Source: Candidatus Marinacidobacterales bacterium (GTDB taxonomy: Bacteria > Acidobacteriota > Vicinamibacteria > Marinacidobacterales > SMYC01). Taken from it: DNA of 64,000 bases. The stretch's first letter is position 1; each line of letters starts with the position of its first letter. Where the stretch lies: the NCBI GenBank assembly GCA_965224085.1, contig CBDCYI010000004.1, forward strand, positions 1,408,001 through 1,472,000, written 5' to 3'. A program made the position numbers and the translations under genes. Positions 10,599-20,553 of this stretch are shown in pieces. Under the pieces are notes generated by a model. That model saw only the letters and a program-made list of their open reading frames with translations. It was not told the origin of the DNA and ran no database searches.

Positions 10599-10925
10599 TC
10601 AACGCAGGGAGCGTCGACTCAGGAAATCCTCGACGTCGCGGCGGCCATCGAAAACACAGTGAACGTAGACTCGTGTTTCGGAAACGAAGTATAGGATTCG
10701 GTAGGGTTTGAAGAGCACTTCACGAAACTCTCTGACGGCGACGTCTCGAAGCTCAGGCACGATACGCCCTCGCTCGGGAAACGCTTCGAGCTTGAGAATC
10801 GTTTCTTTGATGCGGTCGTACACGTAATCCGCTCGCTCCGGCGAGTCGTGATGTTCGATGTAGTCGGTGATTTCCTCGAGGTCGGTTTGCGCGTCCGCCG
10901 TGAGGAGAACTTCGTAGTCAGCCAC
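10599..10925 (-). CDS. RelE/ParE-family toxin
   Basis: AQTDLEEITDYI...FPERGRIVPEL...FREVLFKPYRILY...FDGRRD. Confidence 0.9.
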   Translation of the reverse strand: MADYEVLLTADAQTDLEEITDYIEHHDSPERADYVYDRIKETILKLEAFPERGRIVPELRDVAVREFREVLFKPYRILYFVSETRVYVHCVFDGRRDVEDFLSRRSLR

Positions 10926-11199
10926 GCCGCTTCTTGCGGTTTCTCTCTATGTCTTCGAACGCCTTGCGGGCAGGCTTGACTCTTCCGTGCTCTACGGATT
11001 TCCGGCCTAGAACTGCCAGCTTCAACATGGCTATGGTTTCTTTGGCAGACTGGTAGGAATCGATATCTTGAATCACCATTTTACCTTCACCGTTGTGGGT
11101 GATGATGATGGGTTGGCGCGTTTCCGAAACCACAGCCAGAATATCGGCGGCGTTCGTTTTCATGTATGTGATTGGTTTGATGAATGCTCTCCTCGTCAT
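10918..11199 (-). CDS. Phd/YefM-family antitoxin
   Basis: IKPITYMKTNAADIL...PIIITHNG...VIQDIDSY; 8-bp overlap with the toxin. Confidence 0.9.
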   Translation of the reverse strand: MTRRAFIKPITYMKTNAADILAVVSETRQPIIITHNGEGKMVIQDIDSYQSAKETIAMLKLAVLGRKSVEHGRVKPARKAFEDIERNRKKRRG

Positions 11200-11268
11200 C
11201 GCCTCTCTCCGCACCATATTATTGTCCGAATTTGGTGAACATGTCAAAGGAGCGCTTGGGCAAAAGCA

Positions 11269-13975
11269 TCATCGTCGATGCTCCGTCGTCGACGGCGGGC
11301 CGTAGTCCCAGTAGAGAAACGGCGGTAGTTTCTTTTCCTGTGGCCAGACCATGTCGAGTGTGTCTCCGTCGAAGAGCTCGCCGTTTTTCATCACGTAGCG
11401 AACCGTGTTGGTGTTGCGGATGTCATCGAGTGGGTTCTCATCGAGCACGATGAGGTCGGCGAGCATGCCTTCGCTCAGTTGTCCCAAATCGGACTGCATC
11501 CCGAATCACCCACTGCCTCTGTCGTCGATGGGGTTGCATGTACTGCTTGATCACGTCACTGCCGAGTTGTTTGTAGTGACGCACCATGGCGCGCGCATCC
11601 TCGAGGCTCTCGATCCTGGAATTTCCGGTGGTCATCGCCCGCCAGTGCTGTAGATGCGCGGCCCGAGGCTCGCGCCGCTCTCCACCATCTCGCTGTAAGC
11701 GAACGAGTCGTTGCTCGTCGACACATCACGCGTGGTCGTGACACCGTAAGCGAGGTTCGCGAAGTAGGACCAGCTGCTCTCAACGAAGACTTCGCGCGGC
11801 GGTCGCAAGTGGGCGTGCAGATCAATGAAGCCCGGTAACATCGTCTTGCCCGACACGTCAATGATGCGCGCTTCGGGCGGGATCGTCACATCACTCGAGC
11901 GTCCCACCATGGCAATGCGATTGTCAGTGACCACGACGGTGGCGTTTTCGATCACCTCCTCTCCTCGCATGGTCACGGCTCGGCCACCCCGGAGCGCGAC
12001 GGTGCCCTTGGGATAGTGGCGTGGAACACTCAGGTCGATGGTGATGACTTCGGGCTGCGGGAGTGTACCCGGCGAGACCAGTGCCAGTGCGTCATCGAGT
12101 CCGATACGGTAAAACTTGTTGGCGAAGGACCAGGCGAAGGTCTTCCCGCCGTCCTCCCAGCGGAGGTCCATCCCACCTTCGTGGGTGATCCGTCTGACGG
12201 GACCCGGGCCCGTGTCCTCTTTAATGAGGGGGACTTCGCTCGTCCTCGGAAGCGCGGCGAGGAAGATATCATCACGGACGGCAAATGCCAGCCAGCGCTC
12301 GTCGGGCGAGGGCACCGCTTCGTAGGCCTCGGCTTCGAGCTCCGCTACGGTCCTCTTGTCGGTGCCATCCAGGTTCACCGACACGAGCACCGAGCGTGCC
12401 TTTTTCTCCTCGCGCCGACTCTCCGGCTCGATTTTCGAAAGAAGGTAGATACGCCCTCCCGCCGCGTCGAAGCTCGGCTGGTTGTCGGTCGGGGCGGACG
12501 TCACGTAATGGCCACCCTCGCCCGTCGCGGAAACCCACATCAGTTGACCGGTATTTCGTGTCCAGACGTTTCGGAAGGCCGCGGCATCTTCTTTGAGGTA
12601 GGCGATCTTCTTTCCATCGGGAGAGAAGCTCGGGCGGAGATAGAATGCCGGATACTCGGTTAGTCGGCGCGGGGCGGTCTCGTCGAGGTTCATGAGCCAA
12701 AGATGCCCTCCCTCGAGGTCATCCCAGGACACGTAGGCGATAGAGTGGCCGTCGGGGGAGAACATCGGATGGAACTGACCGAAAGATTGCTCGACGAGCT
12801 GGCGCGGGCGGCCGCTCGGAAGGGGCTGAACCCAGATTTTGCTCAGAGCCGAAAAGGCCAGCTTCGAACCATCGGGTGCGCGGGTGATGGAACGGATGTT
12901 CTTCACCTGGACCGGGTCGTTGCTATGTCGGCTCTCGAAGTAAACGAAAGGGCCGAGCTCCTGTTCGACTTTGGCGCGGAAAGGCACCCTCTTCATCACG
13001 CCCGTGTCTACATCGATCCGATGGAACGTTCCGCCGGTGCTCAGGAACAGACTGGCCGCATCGGGGCCGAAAGTGTGTCGCGGCATGATGTCGAGCACAC
13101 CCGGTCGCTCGGCGTTGTCCCGGTCGATCGAATAGGCTAGCCAGCGCTCTTCGTCGGTCTCGAGGCTGCGAAGCATGAGGCCTGTCTTGGCGTCCAGGCG
13201 CACGCCGTAGACCATGAAACGGCCGTCGCGTGAGACCGCGGGACGGAAAGCGCCGTTCGGTGAGGCCGTCACCGTCGCAACGTCACCCGTCCTGAGGTCG
13301 AGTCGCTTGACCTGCCACGAGATGAAGCGGGCGAGATCGTCCGTGGGAGCTCGACCGGTGCCGCCCGCGCTCACGCGCGACGTGAAGTAGACCCACCGTC
13401 CATCCATCGGGCGAGAAGCTCGCCCCCATCGCGCCGCTCGCCTCCTCGGAGCTCGTGAGCTCCATTCCGTCACCGCCTCTGCGGTGATAGAGCCAGAGCT
13501 TTCGATCGCGGCGCGCAACGAAGTAGTCCCCGTCGGGAGACCACTCCGGCCCAGTGACCGCGTGATCCTTCTCTTTCGTGACTTGCGTCGGTTTAGCGTC
13601 CGCGTCAGCACTCGTGCCGATGTCACTATCAATGACCCAAATGTTGTCGCTTCCGCTTTGGTCGGAAACAAAGGCAATCTCGGTTCCGTCAGGCGAGAAA
13701 ACAGGCTGGATGTCGTACGCCATCCCGCTCGTGAGGCGCGTAGCTTGCCCTCCAGTGACAGGAACCGAGTACAGGTCGCCAAGCAGATCGAACACGATCG
13801 TGCTCCCATTGGGCGAGACGTCCAGGTTCATGTAGGTCCCTTCCTCGGTCTCGAACGCCACCGTGCGCTCGGGAACGAGCGTCAAGCCTTCCGGTTTTTT
13901 CGACGGATCATCCTGAGCAACGGCCAGGGCTGCCGTACCGAGTGCAGCAATAAAGACCAGACATCGACGTGTCAT
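11269..13975 (-). pseudogene. TolB-like (PD40 repeat) amidohydrolase, disrupted
   Basis: Signal peptide, repeated SPDG motifs, PGFIDLHAH, GMLADLIVLD; 4-bp duplication CCAT at 13400-13407, frameshift near 11640, large deletion at ~11503 (QRQWVI|GMQSDLG). Confidence 0.85.
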
Positions 13976-14051
13976 GATGGGTTCACTCCTGGCGAATGAT
14001 AAACGATAGGAAGTTTCGCGCGCTTTTGGCAAGGCGGGTCCGTGAGCGACG

Positions 14052-15746
14052 TCAAAGACTCGGATGACGTTGATGAAACGGCGTTTCGTCCTGCAGCGCT
14101 TTCGCGACGGTCAAGAGCTTTTCCTCACCGTAGATTTGGCCGACCAGCGCGATACCGGTCGGCGTGTCTTCCTCGGTGAAACCGTTCGGGATGGTGACGA
14201 CGGGATGCCCCGTCATACTCGTCAACGGATTGATCGAACGCCAAGGTGCGACGATGGCGTCCACGTCTTCGAATATTCTTGCCGTTTCCTCCATCAACAA
14301 TCTGCGGATGCGGTTCGCCTGCAGGTACTCGACGGCCGGGACGAGGTGCGACGCGCGGAGCTCGCCACGGTGACGCTGGCGGCGGAGATCACGATCGCGG
14401 CGATCGCGAGCAAATTCGTCGAAGCCGGTCGCCCGCTCCACGTACTCGATGAAATAAGTCAAGCGACTCCGAGGAAGCTCGACACCACGCAGCTCAAAGC
14501 CCATGCCGCGGAGCGTCTCGAGGCTCCGTCCTGCATTCGCCTTGCTTTCCTTGCTCTCTCCCGGCTGATCTTCATCGAACGCCGTTTCCAAGTAGCCGAT
14601 GCGCAGGTCACGAGGCGCTGTGCTCGCATCCCAATTGAACGGCACATTGTCGACGACAGCCAGGTCCCTACCATCCGGGCCTGCAATGGCATGGAGCACA
14701 ACGGCGCAACCTTCCACCGTGCGGCACATCGGGCCTATCTTGTCCAGGCTGTAGCCCGCCGCCATCACGCCGAAGCGGCTCACTCGACCGAAGGTCGGGC
14801 GCAATCCGGCAACGCCGCATCGGACGGCGGGCGAGAGAATCGAGCCGCCCGTATCGGTGCCGATGGCGAAGCCGACGAGCCCGGCAGCGGTTGCGGAGCC
14901 GGGGCCTGCCGAGGAGCCGCTCGACCCCTCCGCGGGGTTCCAAGGATTGTTGGTTCGTCCGCCGAACCAATTGTGACCGAACGCCAGCTCCCCCGTCGTG
15001 AGCTTCGCCACGAGGATCGCGCCCGCCGCATCCAAACGCTCTACGACGGCGGCATCCACATCGAGGACTTGATCGCGGAAGGGCTCGGCTCCCCACGTCG
15101 TCGGGTATCCCTTTGCCGCGATGATGTCCTTCGCGCCCCAAGGAATGCCGTGAAGCGGCCCCCGGTAGCGGCCGGCGGCGATCTCCGCGTCGGCCCGCCG
15201 CGCTGCTTCCCGCGCTCGATCCGCCGTCAACGTCACGACGCAGTTGAGTAGCGGGTTGAAGCGTTCGAGCCTCTCGAGATACATCTCGGTCAACTCGAGC
15301 GCGCTCACGTCGCGGCGCTCAATCAAACGCGCTAGATGCGCGACCGGCCAAAAGGCCACGTCTTCCAAGTTGCCGGGGCGGGCCACGATCGGCGACGCGC
15401 TCATCCGAAAAGGTCTCGCGCCCCGCTCGAACTGCATCCCCGGAACGACCGGGTCGAAGTAGAGCGGTGGCACCACCGCGTTATCGAGGTGGGTTTGCCG
15501 CATCTCTCGATAGTGGGCGAGGTTCTTGTTCACCTCGTCCATCATCAGTGTGTACTCCTCGTCGTTGAACTCGAGACCGGCCAATCTCGCCGCCTCGAGC
15601 ATCATCGTTTTGGTGACCCGCGTCTCGCCGGTATCATCCTGTAGACGCGCCCACAGCACACCGGGTAAAAGCGTCGCGGACAGCCCGACGCTCGAGAAGT
15701 AGGCCATGAATTGCCTGCGTGCCTTTCGTTGGTCTGGACCCATCAT
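14052..15746 (-). CDS. Amidase (GatA-like family) with Tat-like N-terminus
   Basis: RRQFM signal, GIPWGAKD, GSSGSSAG, GTDTGGSILSPA. Confidence 0.9.
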   Translation of the reverse strand: MMGPDQRKARRQFMAYFSSVGLSATLLPGVLWARLQDDTGETRVTKTMMLEAARLAGLEFNDEEYTLMMDEVNKNLAHYREMRQTHLDNAVVPPLYFDPVVPGMQFERGARPFRMSASPIVARPGNLEDVAFWPVAHLARLIERRDVSALELTEMYLERLERFNPLLNCVVTLTADRAREAARRADAEIAAGRYRGPLHGIPWGAKDIIAAKGYPTTWGAEPFRDQVLDVDAAVVERLDAAGAILVAKLTTGELAFGHNWFGGRTNNPWNPAEGSSGSSAGPGSATAAGLVGFAIGTDTGGSILSPAVRCGVAGLRPTFGRVSRFGVMAAGYSLDKIGPMCRTVEGCAVVLHAIAGPDGRDLAVVDNVPFNWDASTAPRDLRIGYLETAFDEDQPGESKESKANAGRSLETLRGMGFELRGVELPRSRLTYFIEYVERATGFDEFARDRRDRDLRRQRHRGELRASHLVPAVEYLQANRIRRLLMEETARIFEDVDAIVAPWRSINPLTSMTGHPVVTIPNGFTEEDTPTGIALVGQIYGEEKLLTVAKALQDETPFHQRHPSL

Positions 15747-15773
15747 CCAATCCCCCCTTTCCTATAACGCGGC

Positions 15774-16982
15774 TCAGCCCCGCGAAGCCATCCCGTCCCG
15801 CCGAGCTTGCCGAAACGCTTGCATCCCGGCAATGCCGTTCACGCCGCCACCCCCGTGGGTCGCGCTCGAGCCGTTATAGAGTCCGCGAATCGGCGTCCGG
15901 AAATCCGCGTAGCCGGGCGCGGGCCGCATGTGAAAGAGCTGCTCGACCGTAAGCTCACCGTGGAAGATGTTTCCTCCGATGATCCCGAGCCCCTGCTCCA
16001 TGTCGTACGGCCCGATCACTTGCCTGTCGATGACGGCCGCTTTCAGGTTCGGGGCAAGCTCGGTGTACCGATCGATGACACGATCGGCATAGGCCTCGAG
16101 CTCGTCCCGGTGCGGCGCCAAGTTCCAGTCATCCGGCACCCACTGCGTGAACATCGAAAAAACGTGCATGCCCTCCGGCGCGAGCTTCTTGTCGACGGTT
16201 GTCGGGATCGTGCCGTCCACGAACGGCACCGTGCCTCCTTGGGGGTACCCCCAGGAGCCCATGTGCCCATCACCCACATCGCCTATCGAGTGATGGAGCA
16301 AAACGTAAGCCGTCCCCGGCGAGTCCGGCCCCCCCCAAGTGCCGATGACACCGTTCGCCGCGAGCAAACCCTTCACTTCCTCGGACTCGAACCAATCACC
16401 GAGAAGGTCCGTCACGCTCATCGAGAAAAGCCGTGTCACGTCCGCAACGCCCCGCATGCCCAGCTTGCGAACCTTCCACCCCGCGTGCGCTTGATCGATA
16501 AGATCCCCGAACTTCATGGAGCCCAGCTTCGGTGGCACTTGGGTCAGAAGCGGCCCGAGAACATCCCCGACATTTTTCAACCAAGCTTCCCATTTGGGCA
16601 AAGTCACCGCGTCTTTTTTCGAGAACTGCGCAATGGAAGCGTGGCTGCGCGCGTGATCGTCCGCAAAGATCTGCAGCGAACGGCCGTCCGGAAACGCCTG
16701 ATAGTACGGACCGAGCGACGTGACGTCGTACCCGAATCTCGGAAGCTCGAGGGTGTTGATGAGGCTTGGGGGCATGAGCGACATTACGTACGAATACGTC
16801 GAGACTCTTATTTCGGGGTGGTCGGGAAACGGCGCGCTCGTGTCGGCCGCACCGCCCGTTTTGGAACGCGCCTCGAGCACGACCGTGCGTCGGCCTTCGC
16901 GCGCGAAGAAAGCTCCGCTGACAAGTCCGTTGTGACCGCCTCCGATGATGATCGCGTCGTAGCGATTGGAAGCCCTCGCCAT
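15774..16982 (-). pseudogene. Phytoene dehydrogenase-like FAD oxidoreductase with in-frame internal deletion
   Basis: IIGGGHNGL, GGNIFHGE, THGGGGVNG motifs; WGYPQGG runs directly into TVPFVDGTIP at ~16232, omitting the central segment expected in this family. Confidence 0.7.
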
Positions 16983-17081
16983 CTCGACCCTCCCCGCGGC
17001 GATTGTCCCACAAGTTCCGTGGATAGTCCGCCGGACCATGGCCGTGAAGTTGGACGAACTCGTCGCCGAGCAGCCTAAAGG

Positions 17082-18978
17082 CTATTCGCTACGGACGGCG
17101 TCGGGATCCCTCTGCAACGCCCGAAGCGCAGCGCGCAGCTCGCCCATGTTCTGAAAGCGTGACGCAGGCTTCTTCGTCAAGCAGCGCCGCACAATGTCTT
17201 CGAGTCCCGGCGAGAGCCCGGGGCTGAGAGAGGGTCGATCGAGCGGGTCCGTGTGAAGGATCTGGCCGATAATGGTCGCCTGGGATTCGCCCGGAAAGGC
17301 CTTCTGCCCTGTCACCATCTCGAAGAGCACCGCTCCGAAAGAGAAGACGTCCGACCGCTGATCGACGCCACGGCTCTGGAGCTGCTCGGGCGACATATAG
17401 CGGAGTGTGCCGAGGATTTCCCCCTGGCTCGTGAGCACTGAGACCGTGACATGATCGCCGCTGTCGGCGATCTCGAACGGGAACCCCGTGGCGAGGCCGA
17501 AATCAAGGAGCTTGGAGCCCGATTCCGTAAGCATGATGTTTTCGGGCTTAAGATCGCGGTGGACGATGCCGCGCGCGTGCGCCTGCTGCAGCGCACCGGT
17601 AATCTCGATCGCAACCCTGAGGCTCTCGTCCAGGAGCAATGCCCCAGCTGCGATGCGGTCGGCCAGCGTGATCCCATCGACCAGCTCCATAGCGAGGAAG
17701 CTCATGCCGTCCTCATGTCCGAACGCGTAGAGCGTGGCGATGTTCGGGTGGTTGAGCCGCGCCAGCACCTTAGCTTCCTGCTCGAATCGCTTGAGGCGGT
17801 TCGAATCCGAACCAAACTCTCGCGGAAGCACCTTTAGCGCCACGGGCCGCCCGAGAACCGTGTCCTGGGCCTGATAGACCGCACCCATCCCACCAGAGGC
17901 GAGGTGGCGGTCGATCTCGAAATCGCCGAGGCGGTAGCCGGGGCCGATCGGGGCCTCGAGCGTTTCCGTGACGTCCGAGGCGCCCAACCGGGTATCTGAA
18001 TGGGCCGCCGCGCTGCGGGGTCGAAGGCCCAAAAGTGACGCCCACTGATCGCGCACAACATCGGGAACCATGGCCCCCTCGGTGGACGGCGCCTTCCCGT
18101 GGCCCCGTCCCGAGGACGGGCTCGAAATGCCGGGCGCGAGAAACATACCAACGGGCCGCTGGACGAGGCGCACGTCGATGTACGCCAGAGACCAGCGCAA
18201 CGCCTGAAACGCGGCCACGGTGGCGGTCAGGGCCCGGTGGCGGTCAGGGCCAACAGGCCCAGCGCAAGGTAGAATCCGACGAAGACGAAGCTGCGGCCTT
18301 CCTCCGGGGCCAACGGAAACAACATGACGAGCAACACCCAGAACGACAAGAAGAAGAGCGGCGCAGCGCGGTTGTTACCCGTGGGCCAGAAGGCGCTCTC
18401 GGCGAAGCGCGCCGCGAGGAGGTTCACCTCTTCGACGGTTGGCTCCTGAGCATAGGGCCAGAATGACTTGGGAAGGAATTCGCGCAGGTAGGTGACGATC
18501 GAGCGCTGTACGGTCTGGCCGCCGGTGAAAGGCATCCGCGGCAGGAGCTTTACCAGGGCCGGCAGCGCGATGATCCCGAGCGACACCAGCCAGCACACGG
18601 ACACAATTATCTGACCGATGTCGGGGAATAGCTTGTTGAATGCACGGCCCTTGAGGAGCCCTTCGACGCCGGCGGGTGACGAGAGCGTGGCGTACATCGC
18701 GGCCGTCTGTGCCGCCGAGACGTTTGCGAAGCGGGTGGTCAGGATTCCGAGCCCCACGATCGTCAGGTACAGGACCTGGGTGTTGAACGCTTCGTTCGCC
18801 TTTCGGAACCCGAAGCAGCGGTTGGGGTCATCCAAGTCGATAACAATGAACGCGTCGGCCTCGGCTTCGGGCACCCGCCGCCGCTGGAAGGTGCGGGCCA
18901 AGAAGAAGACATTGTGTCGGGCAAGAAGAACGGAAAGGAGTACCAACAGCAGGGCTACGGAGAACTGCACAGTATAGG
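17082..18978 (-). pseudogene. Multi-TM protein with C-terminal Ser/Thr kinase; frameshifted and 5'-truncated by IS5
   Basis: Kinase motifs GGMGAVY, VALKVL, HRDLKPEN, DFG, GTLRYMSPEQ; removing one 17-bp repeat unit joins the TM ORF (18227-18991) in frame with the kinase. Confidence 0.8.
18218..18251. repeat. Perfect 17-bp tandem duplication (CGGTGGCGGTCAGGGCC x2)
   Basis: Units at 18218-18234 and 18235-18251, read directly. Confidence 0.95.
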
Positions 18979-20065
18979 TGCCTTGGTGCACAACTCCGAT
19001 AGAGGCCGAGAGCTCGCTTGGCCCCGACTCCCATCATCCGATCATCTCGCTATCAGGCATCCCGAGCGCCGTCATGGTGTTGAGAATCTTGCACCCGATC
19101 CTTGCCTCGACTCTCTGTGCCGCCAACCCTCTCGCTCGCATCGCTGAGCCCACGATAGCCTTGTAGCGATGGAACGTTGTCTCGACTTTGCTCCGTTTGC
19201 TGTAGCCCGATTCTGTGTGCCACTTTCGTTTGCCGAGCCGAGCTTGTGCTGCAATGTTGCGATTGCGCTGTCGGCTGCTCGCCGGCCCCGATGCGAGCAG
19301 GGCGCCCTTGCGCGGCGGTATCAGCACCCTCGGCGAGCGATGAGCGCTGTGATTCTCGATTGCCTCATAGACGCCGCTGGCGTCGTATGCGGTGTCAGCT
19401 CTGGCCGATGAGATGGGACTGTCGCTCTGTCCGACAAGCGATGCAACCCGCGATGAATCGCGGGCTCTTTTGCTCGTCAGCTCGCCGGCGACGACTTCGC
19501 CACTCTGCTCGTCGACACACAGATGGAGCTTGCGATAGTCCCTGCTATTTGGTGCTCTGCGCAGCTGGCCGGCGTGGACAGCGAGACCGCTGCTGTCGAT
19601 CAAGATGTGCAACGGCGTCTTCTGCTTGTCTTGGTAGAAGGGGACCTTACCCAGCTTCGCCTTGCGCCTCGAGATCGTGGTGTGATCGGGCACATCATTG
19701 TCTAGCTTCATCAGAGCGAACAACGATCGCAGCAATCCCTCGCTCTGCCTAGACGACAGATGAAACACCATGCCCAGGGTGACAGCCGTCTCGATGGCGT
19801 GGTTCGAGTACTTGCGTTGACGGCCCGGTTTCCTCCTCCTTGGCCGGGGCGCGTCCCAGTTCACAAGCTTGCCGGCGGTGAGCGAGATCCAGACGGTCAG
19901 GCTCCCACGGTTGCGTAGACCCGCCTCATATTCACGCCAATTCCTCACGCGATAGGCCTTCTTCACATACTTCCGCTGAGTGCGTTTGAAAATGCTCATG
20001 GGGAACCTCGTATCCGCGAGTACAGGACAATTGTGGACCGAGATCGCGAGTTGTGCACCAAGGCA
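18979..20065 (-). mobile_element. IS5-family (IS903 group) insertion sequence, copy 1
   Basis: 18-bp terminal inverted repeats TGCCTTGGTGCACAACTC; 1087 bp; near-identical to copy 2. Confidence 0.93.
19034..19999 (-). CDS. IS5-family DDE transposase (intact, 321 aa)
   Basis: YRVRNWREYEAGLRNRGSLTVW, PDHTTISRR, IDSSG, ADTAYD, GYSKRSKVET motifs. Confidence 0.93.
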   Translation of the reverse strand: MSIFKRTQRKYVKKAYRVRNWREYEAGLRNRGSLTVWISLTAGKLVNWDAPRPRRRKPGRQRKYSNHAIETAVTLGMVFHLSSRQSEGLLRSLFALMKLDNDVPDHTTISRRKAKLGKVPFYQDKQKTPLHILIDSSGLAVHAGQLRRAPNSRDYRKLHLCVDEQSGEVVAGELTSKRARDSSRVASLVGQSDSPISSARADTAYDASGVYEAIENHSAHRSPRVLIPPRKGALLASGPASSRQRNRNIAAQARLGKRKWHTESGYSKRSKVETTFHRYKAIVGSAMRARGLAAQRVEARIGCKILNTMTALGMPDSEMIG

Positions 20066-20553
20066 GCGCAACGCCGGACTCACCTTTTTCCGGCGCCGGC
20101 CAAAGCTTGGTCGGGTTGAGGTCTGCGTCGCCGCTTTGTGAACAGGGCAACACCTCCTTTTGACTCGACCCTTCTTTGTTTTGCCGCCGCCGTCCGTGCC
20201 AAGCCGAAGGAGCAGAAAGGGCTGCCGCACAGCATTCAGAGCACGGATGATGCCAGCTTCACTTCTGCGGAGTAAGGCGATGCCGTAAAGGGCTCTCGTT
20301 GTTCAGAATGAACTTCCTTTGGCGGTGGGCATGAACGAGTTCGTGCTCGTGCGCGTTGTCCACTACCATGGCAGAATGCCCGAGCAAAACTGTTCGAAAA
20401 AGGTTGCAAGTGGGTTCCTTTGATACCGCCGCTGCCCGAGAATCGCCATATCGGCATCATAGCGTTACGCCGCCGCAGAGGGAGTCGTTGCAGCACAGGA
20501 GCGTGTGACCTAAGATTGACCGTGTCGCGCGCCCCCACTTCGAGGGCCCTCTC

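Noticed and set aside
19999-20230. 398-aa version of the IS5 transposase
   Set aside because: The extension crosses the terminal inverted repeat; copy 2 defines the start as MSIFKR.
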